From Alphaproteobacteria bacterium (lineage in GTDB: Bacteria; Pseudomonadota; Alphaproteobacteria; Bin95), in contig JAPOZD010000030.1 in assembly GCA_026706245.1 (NCBI GenBank), positions 1 through 36,703 on the forward strand: a stretch of DNA of 36,703 nt, read 5' to 3'. Made by a program: the position numbers and the translations under genes. Positions 31,430 to 36,703 of this stretch are shown piece after piece. Under the pieces are notes generated by a model. That model was not told the DNA's origin, did not search any database, and saw only the letters and a program-made list of their open reading frames with translations. Numbering within the stretch: the first letter of the stretch is position 1; each line of letters begins with the position of its first letter.

Positions 31430-32506
31430 ATGCGCACGGCTTTCGGAACCCGGTCGACGCGCCGCCGCTTCCTCGCAGGCACGGGCGCTGCGGCGGCGGG
31501 CCTCGCCTTCCTGCCGCAAGCGGCGCCCGCCGGCGAGGAGCCCCGGCTCAATTTCTACAACTGGGACACCTATGTCGGCGAGACCACCCTTGCGGACTTC
31601 AAGGCGCTGACCGGCATATCGGTCCGGATGGACCTCTACGCGGACAATGACAAGCTGTTCGCGAGGCTGAAAGCCGGCAATCCCGGCTACGACGTGATCG
31701 TGCCGACCAACGATTTCGTCGAGCGCATGATCGCCGCCGGCATGCTGATGCCGCTCGATCATGCGGCCATCCCCAACATGGCGAATATCGAGCTTGCCTT
31801 CCGGGACGCCGCCTACGACCTCGGCCGGCGCCACTCCGTCCCCTACATGTGGGGCACGATGGGCATCGGCTACCGCAAGTCCCGCTGCGACGGCGCGCCC
31901 GACAGCTGGCGCTGGCTCTACGACTCGGACCGCTACAGCGGGCGCTGCGCGCTGCTCAGCGAGGCGGGGACGGTACTGGGCGCGGCCTTCAAATATCTGG
32001 GCCATCCGCTCAATTCGGCCGACCCGAAGCATATCGAGGCGGCGGAAAAGCTGATTGTCGCGCAAAAGCCGCATCTCAAGCTGTTCGCGCCGGACAACGG
32101 GCAGGACCTGCTGCTTTCCGGCGAGGTGGACATCGCGATGGAGTGGAACGGCGACATTCTGCAGGCGATGGCGGAGGACGGCGATATCTCCTATGTCGTG
32201 CCGCGCGAGGGGTCGATCCTGTGGGAGGACGTGCTTGCCATCCCGAAAGGCGCGCCGCATCCCGAAAACGCGCACGCCTTCCTGAACTTCATCCTCGACG
32301 CCGAGGCGGGCGCGGCCATTGCGGAGACGATCCGCTATGCGACGCCGAACGCCGCCGCCAGGGCGCTGCTGCCGGAAAGCTACACGGGGAACCCGGGCAT
32401 CTTCCCGGACGATGAGACGCTCGCGGTCTGCGAGCCGGCGCTCTATCAGGGACAGGAGGTTGCGCGGCTCTACGAAGCGGCCTGGACCCGGATCCGGGCG
32501 GCCTGA
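31430..32506 (+). CDS. PotD/PotF-family polyamine ABC transporter substrate-binding protein (Tat signal)
   Basis: 'TRRRFLAG', 'LNFYNWDTY', 'GYDVIVPT', 'SVPYMWGTMGIGY', 'WNGD', 'PREGS..W.D' and 'AHAFLNFIL'. Confidence 0.92.
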   Translation: MRTAFGTRSTRRRFLAGTGAAAAGLAFLPQAAPAGEEPRLNFYNWDTYVGETTLADFKALTGISVRMDLYADNDKLFARLKAGNPGYDVIVPTNDFVERMIAAGMLMPLDHAAIPNMANIELAFRDAAYDLGRRHSVPYMWGTMGIGYRKSRCDGAPDSWRWLYDSDRYSGRCALLSEAGTVLGAAFKYLGHPLNSADPKHIEAAEKLIVAQKPHLKLFAPDNGQDLLLSGEVDIAMEWNGDILQAMAEDGDISYVVPREGSILWEDVLAIPKGAPHPENAHAFLNFILDAEAGAAIAETIRYATPNAAARALLPESYTGNPGIFPDDETLAVCEPALYQGQEVARLYEAAWTRIRAA

Positions 32507-32566
32507 CCGCGGGCCGGGCACGCCGGGAGCCGGACGAAACGATCCTACCTGAAGCGGGGTCCTAGC

Positions 32567-33043
32567 ATGACCGATACCGGAACACCGAAACGCAAGCTGA
32601 TCGAAGGCCGGCCGGCCCTGATCGTCATCGACATCCAGCAATCCGCCTTCGTGGAGAAGGAGGTCCGCTCGATCCCGCACATGCCGGACTATGCCGAGCG
32701 GGTCGCCCGCGCCCGCTTCGCCATCGACCGGGCGCGCGAGACGGGAATCCCGATCGTCTTCATCCAGGAGATCCACCGGGCCGACCTTGTGGATTTCGGC
32801 CGCGAGCTCGACGGCAGCGAGGACATCCACTGCCTCGACAACAACCCGGAAACGGCGCTGGCGAAGGAGGTGACCGGCTTCCGCGAGGGGGATTACCTCA
32901 TCCAGAAGCGCCGCTATTCCGCCTTCTACGGCACCGATCTGGAAATCCTGCTGCGGGGGCTCGGGGCCGACACCCTGCTGCTGACGGGCGGGCTGACCGA
33001 TGTCTGCGTCCACTACACCATCGTGCCGCACCTTCGGTTCTAA
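32567..33043 (+). pseudogene. Isochorismatase-family cysteine hydrolase, 3'-truncated by an insertion
   Basis: Motifs 'PALIVIDIQ', 'KRRYSAFYGTDL..LLRGLG.DTLLLTG' and catalytic 'TDVCVHYT'. Ends seven codons later, lacking the C-terminal strand/helix region of the fold. Confidence 0.8.
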
Positions 33044-33072
33044 GGTATTGATACAGCGTTTGTTTTTCCTCG

Positions 33073-33127
33073 TGCAATCGCAGGTTCGGGGCGGGAATGC
33101 AACCGTGTTTTCCCCCGCCTGCAAGCG
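33073..33127 (+). repeat. Three TGCAANCG direct repeats (candidate arm-type integrase sites)
   Basis: TGCAATCG at 33073, TGCAACCG at 33098 and TGCAAGCG at 33120, between the junction and the first integrase ATG. Confidence 0.5.
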
Positions 33128-33145
33128 GATGCAGGAGGAAAATGC

Positions 33146-34264
33146 ATGTCAACCGCCCGCCTCACAGAGAGCCGGATCGAGGGCTTCGGGCCCCGCAAAT
33201 CGCCCTATGACGTCCGTGATAGCGGGCTGAGGGGCTTCGGCGTTCGCGTCCTTCCCTCGGGGGCCAAACGCTACTTTATCCACAGCCAGCATGAGGGCCG
33301 CCGGGTCTGGAAGACGGTGGGCGACGCCCGCAGCATGGACATCGACGAAGCCCGCCGGCGCGCTGCGGCGGTGCTGGCCGCGCTCCGGCGCGACGAGGCG
33401 CCCGTCCTGCCGGAAGAGAGGCTGTTCGAGGCCGTGGCGGAGGAAGTCTTCGAGCGCTACGGACGGCGCTGGAAGCCCGGAACCCTGAAGGTCAACCGGA
33501 ACTATCTGCGCAGCACGATCCTTCCGTGGTTCGGCGGGATGAACATCGCCGACATCGCAAGGCAGGACGCGCAGCGCTGGTTCGCCTCCCTGCATGCGAC
33601 GCCGGTGGCGGCCGACCGGTCGGCGCCGATCCTTTCCGTCATCATGCGCCAGGCCGAGGTCTACGGCTACCGCCCGGAGGGCAGTAACCCCTGCACCGGC
33701 ATCCGACGTTACCGGCGCAAGGGAAGGGAGCGGTTCCTGTCGGAGCCGGAGCTTCGCCGGCTCGCGCAAGTGCTGGACCGTCACGAGGCGCGCCGTCCCC
33801 GCAAGGCGGCGTTCGTGCGCCTGCTTCTGCTGACCGGCTGCCGCAAGACCGAGATCGCGACGCTGGCCTGGTCCGACTACCGGGACGGGCGGCTGTTCCT
33901 GCGCGACGGCAAGGCGGGGCCCCGGACGGTCTGGCTGTCCTCCCCGGCGCGCGCCGTGCTGGGCAGTCTTCCGCGTGAGAACAAATGGGTCTTTCCCTCG
34001 CCGCGTGGGCAGGGCCCCATGACAGCGGCCGTTTTCGACAAGTTCTGGGGCCGGGTTCGGGAGGAGGCGGGGATCGCCGATGTCCGGCTTCACGACTGCC
34101 GCCATACATATGCCAGCATCGCCATCATGGCTGGCGAGAGCGTCACGACCACGGCGCGGCTGCTCGGACACAACGATGCCGGAACGACGCTGAAATACGC
34201 CCATTTGTCCGATCGCTCGGTGCGCGAGGCCGCCGACGCCCTTGCCGGCATTCTCGGGAGTTGA
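33146..34264 (+). CDS. Tyrosine integrase 1 with N-terminal arm-DNA-binding (DUF4102-like) domain
   Basis: 'YDVRDSGLRGFGVRVLPSGAK'. Catalytic set: 'TGCRKTEI', 'DGKAG', 'HDCRH' and 'LLGH....TTLKYAH'. AGGAGG RBS. Confidence 0.93.
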   Translation: MSTARLTESRIEGFGPRKSPYDVRDSGLRGFGVRVLPSGAKRYFIHSQHEGRRVWKTVGDARSMDIDEARRRAAAVLAALRRDEAPVLPEERLFEAVAEEVFERYGRRWKPGTLKVNRNYLRSTILPWFGGMNIADIARQDAQRWFASLHATPVAADRSAPILSVIMRQAEVYGYRPEGSNPCTGIRRYRRKGRERFLSEPELRRLAQVLDRHEARRPRKAAFVRLLLLTGCRKTEIATLAWSDYRDGRLFLRDGKAGPRTVWLSSPARAVLGSLPRENKWVFPSPRGQGPMTAAVFDKFWGRVREEAGIADVRLHDCRHTYASIAIMAGESVTTTARLLGHNDAGTTLKYAHLSDRSVREAADALAGILGS

Positions 34265-34267
34265 GCG

Positions 34268-35446
34268 ATGCCGGACCGCAGGAGGCTCACCGATGCCGGC
34301 ATTGCGCGGCTCCGGGCCGGGGCGCGCGAATATACCGTATGGGACACGCAGGTCGCCGGTCTCGGCGTGCGGGTGCGTCCCTCCGGCAGCCGGACCTTCA
34401 TCTACCACCGCAAGACGGGCCGGGGCGTGCGGAAACTGTCTTTCGGCCCGGCGGCGCTCAGCGAGGTGGAAGCGGTGCGCCGCGCCTGCATGGAGGCGGC
34501 GGCAAGCGGGGACACGGGCGCCAGTAACGAGCCTCGCGAAAAGGCGCCCCGGTTCCGGGACTTCGTCGCCGGCCCGTGGAGGAGGGACCGCTTCGCGCGC
34601 TGCAAGCCCTCCACGCAGAGAAACTTCGACGGCCTCCTGGAGCGGCAGTTGCTCCCGGCCTTCGGGGCCCGGCGCATCGACCGGATCGCCCGGCGCGCGG
34701 TCATCCGCTGGTTCGAGGCCTGCAGCCGGACCGCGCCGGGGACGGCCAATGCCGCTCTCGACCTGCTCGGTCACATCCTCAACCATGCGCTGGCGCTCGG
34801 GCATATCGGGACCAACCCGACAAGAGGCATCGCCCGCAATCCGGGCCGGAAGATGACGCGCTTCCTGTCGCGCGAGGAGATCGCCCGCCTCCACCGGGTC
34901 CTCGACCGCCATGCCGCAGGGTCCCGGTCGGAAGCGCAGCAGGCCGACACGATCCGCCTGCTGCTGCTCACCGGCTGCCGCAAGGGTGAAATCCTGCGTC
35001 TTCGCCGGGAGGAAGTGAAGGGCGACCGGCTGGAGCTCCAGGACAGCAAGACCGGGCCCCGAACGCTCCTGATCAACGGCCCGGCCAGGGAGAGCGTCGC
35101 GCGCCGCATGGCGGAAGGGACCGGCCCCTGGCTGTTCCCTTCTGTCAGGGACCCGTCGCGGCCCCAGTGCCGGGGCCTGCCCTTCTGGTACCGGGCGCGC
35201 CGCGAGGCCGGGATCGAGGATGTGCGCCTGCACGATCTGCGCCATACGGTAGCCAGCCAGGCGGCGATGAACGGCGTTCCGCTGCCCACGGTCGCCGGCC
35301 TGCTCGGCCACAGCAATGTGCGCATGACCATGCGCTACGCCCATGTCGGGGACCGCGAGGTCGAAGCGGCGGCCGAGCGGGTTGGCCGGGCCATCATGTC
35401 CATGATGGGCGGCACCGAAAATCTGCCCAGCTGCGGAACCCGTTGA
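34268..35446 (+). CDS. Tyrosine integrase 2 with N-terminal arm-DNA-binding domain, paralogue of integrase 1
   Basis: 'YTVWDTQVAGLGVRVRPSGSR'. Catalytic set: 'TGCRKGEI', 'DSKTG', 'HDLRH' and 'LLGHSNVRMTMRYAH'. Confidence 0.93.
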   Translation: MPDRRRLTDAGIARLRAGAREYTVWDTQVAGLGVRVRPSGSRTFIYHRKTGRGVRKLSFGPAALSEVEAVRRACMEAAASGDTGASNEPREKAPRFRDFVAGPWRRDRFARCKPSTQRNFDGLLERQLLPAFGARRIDRIARRAVIRWFEACSRTAPGTANAALDLLGHILNHALALGHIGTNPTRGIARNPGRKMTRFLSREEIARLHRVLDRHAAGSRSEAQQADTIRLLLLTGCRKGEILRLRREEVKGDRLELQDSKTGPRTLLINGPARESVARRMAEGTGPWLFPSVRDPSRPQCRGLPFWYRARREAGIEDVRLHDLRHTVASQAAMNGVPLPTVAGLLGHSNVRMTMRYAHVGDREVEAAAERVGRAIMSMMGGTENLPSCGTR

Positions 35447-35557
35447 ATTTATCGAACACTGGAAAGTTGACAGCCCCATCACCCTCCGCTGCCCGGCAAC
35501 ATCGGACGACGACCAGCATAGCTGAGGCAGCCGCCCCGCAGTTGCCTTGCCTTTGGG

Positions 35558-35585
35558 CTGTCCGATAATCCGTCCTATCTGCCAG
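35558..35585. other. Degenerate lox/dif-like crossover site at the 5' end of the Cre-like gene
   Basis: CTGTCCGATAA-TCCGTC-CTATCTGCCAG: 11-bp arms (8/11 complementary) around a 6-bp spacer. Confidence 0.4.
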
Positions 35586-36477
35586 ACAGGCGGCCGGCCC
35601 CGCTCGCGATCCCCGACCGGGCCGCCCAGGACCGCCACAGGCAAGCGCAGCGCAACGCATGGTCGCCCCATACCCGCCGCGCCTATCTCGCCGCCTGGCG
35701 GCGCTGGGAAGCATGGGCCGGCGAGCGCGGCCTGGAGACGCTCCCGGCCAACCCGGACCATATCGGCCTGTTCCTCGCCGCGCGCCGGCTCGCCGGCGTC
35801 GGCCTCGACGCGGTCCGCCAGGACGCCGCCGCCCATCGCCTCGCCGGCCAGGACAACCCGTGCGCCGCGGCCGACGTGACGCTCGCCCTGCGCGGCTATG
35901 CCCGCGACGACGCCGGGCGCGAGGTCCGCTAGGCTCGCCCGCTCGATACCGAGGCCGTCATGGCGATCCGCCTGCACCTTCGCGGCCGGGTCAACCGGTC
36001 CGCCCGCGCCGCCCGCGACATGGCTCTTGTCTCCGTCATGGCCGACGCCGGCCTCCGGCGCTCCGAAGCCGCCGCCCTGCTATGGAGCGACATTGCCGGG
36101 CCGGAGCCGGACGGGTCCGGCCGCGTCACGATCCGGCGCTCCTACAAGCCATATAACCCGGCATTTCGGCCTTGCCGTCTCACTAAAACACTACTATACA
36201 CGTCTTCGATGCGAGGAAGAACGACTTTCCACCTGAATGCCTACAAGCAATGTAACTCGATTTGTTCAGGCGCACCATCGCGCGCCGGATCGCGGCGCTC
36301 GCCGAAGCCGCCGAGCTCGGGCCGGGCTACTCCGGCCGCGTCGGCATGGCGATCCGCATGACGCGCGAGGGCGCTCCCAACGCCGTCGTCATGCGCCAGG
36401 GACGATGGGAGACGCCGGAAATGGTCGCCCGATACACGCGATCCGAAGCCGCCGGCGAGGCGCTCAAATATCTCTAA
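35582..36477 (+). pseudogene. Cre-like tyrosine recombinase pseudogene
   Basis: One frame reads 'SPHTRRAYLAAWRRWEAW...LPANP...AHRLAGQDNP...LRGYAR', then an in-frame TAG at 35930, then 'RDMALVSVMADAGLRRSE...GRVTIRRS'. Foreign sequence fills ~36141-36268. Another frame resumes 'RTIARRI...GYSGRVGMA...QGRW....MVARY'. No start codon found. Confidence 0.85.
36141..36256 (+). repeat. Pair of 17-bp imperfect direct repeats bracketing an AT-rich promoter-like segment
   Basis: CCTACAAGCCATATAAC (36141) and CCTACAAGCAATGTAAC (36240), 15/17 identical. TTGCCG-N17-TATACA lies at 36172-36200. Confidence 0.55.
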
Positions 36478-36703
36478 CCGGGCGAGCGCGATCCACCCGC
36501 CGCGCGCTCTAGCTCCCGGATCAAGTCTTTGCTAATGTTTGTGCCATCGACTAATCGATACAGCAGAATACAGCAGAACACAAAAGAGACACCGTTATGA
36601 GTGCATTGGATCGCCCCGAAGACCGAGTAAAAAAACAATCGGCCATAAACTGCATCAAAGACAACAGCAAAGCCAAATGGCGCGCCCAAGGAATTGGAGG
36701 CAG
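36474..36703 (-). other. Low-GC sequence, possibly the 3' end of a foreign gene entering from beyond the window
   Basis: Sharp GC drop after ~36520 and an open, hydrophobic minus-strand frame ending at 36474. No family recognised. Confidence 0.3.

Larger units (their letters stand above)
33020..35446 (+). mobile_element. Twin tyrosine-integrase element (left end plus two integrases; right end not identified)
   Basis: Junction inside the isochorismatase gene, an AT-richer terminal stretch, three TGCAANCG repeats and two tandem integrase genes 3 bp apart. Confidence 0.75.

Noticed and set aside
33149-35977. 942-aa minus-strand ORF spanning both integrases, and similar long antisense ORFs elsewhere
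   Set aside because: Antisense shadow ORFs are expected at this GC content and codon bias. It has no recognisable motifs, while the + strand genes are clear.
33146-36477. Three adjacent tyrosine recombinases as a RIT (recombinase-in-trio) element
   Set aside because: The first two carry arm-binding domains and the third is a separated Cre-like pseudogene. No RIT-style overlapping trio or terminal inverted repeats were seen.

Overview
High-GC alphaproteobacterial chromosomal segment, judged from the hrcA-grpE/rph-rdgB-hemW arrangement, an Irr-type ICE box and the tRNA-Ile2 sequence. Housekeeping blocks (dnaN-recF-gyrB, trmFO-ltaE, hrcA-grpE, rph-rdgB-hemW, dps, tRNA-Ile2) are mixed with catabolic genes: a catabolic-type reductive dehalogenase, acyl-CoA dehydrogenase, LLM monooxygenase, PhyH dioxygenase, amidohydrolase, ThDP enzyme and an Ltp2/DUF35 pair. 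There is also arsR-arsI, an orphan DNA methyltransferase and a GNAT/DUF1778 toxin-antitoxin pair. The strongest signal is that two unrelated genes 33 kb apart (the dehalogenase at the left edge and an isochorismatase-family hydrolase at ~33.0 kb) are cut off by related ~60-bp junctions (41/69 identical, ungapped, hand count). Each junction supplies an in-frame TAA seven codons after an ACC codon. The right-hand junction leads into two tandem, apparently intact arm-domain tyrosine integrases and then a decayed Cre-like recombinase with a lox-like site. This suggests a twin-integrase mobile element family that inserts into coding sequences at a degenerate target. Other points of interest are an orphan Csx19-like gene behind the tRNA and a 48-bp double-hairpin in-frame insertion in a thiolase-fold gene. 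All calls come from manual motif reading; no database search was run.
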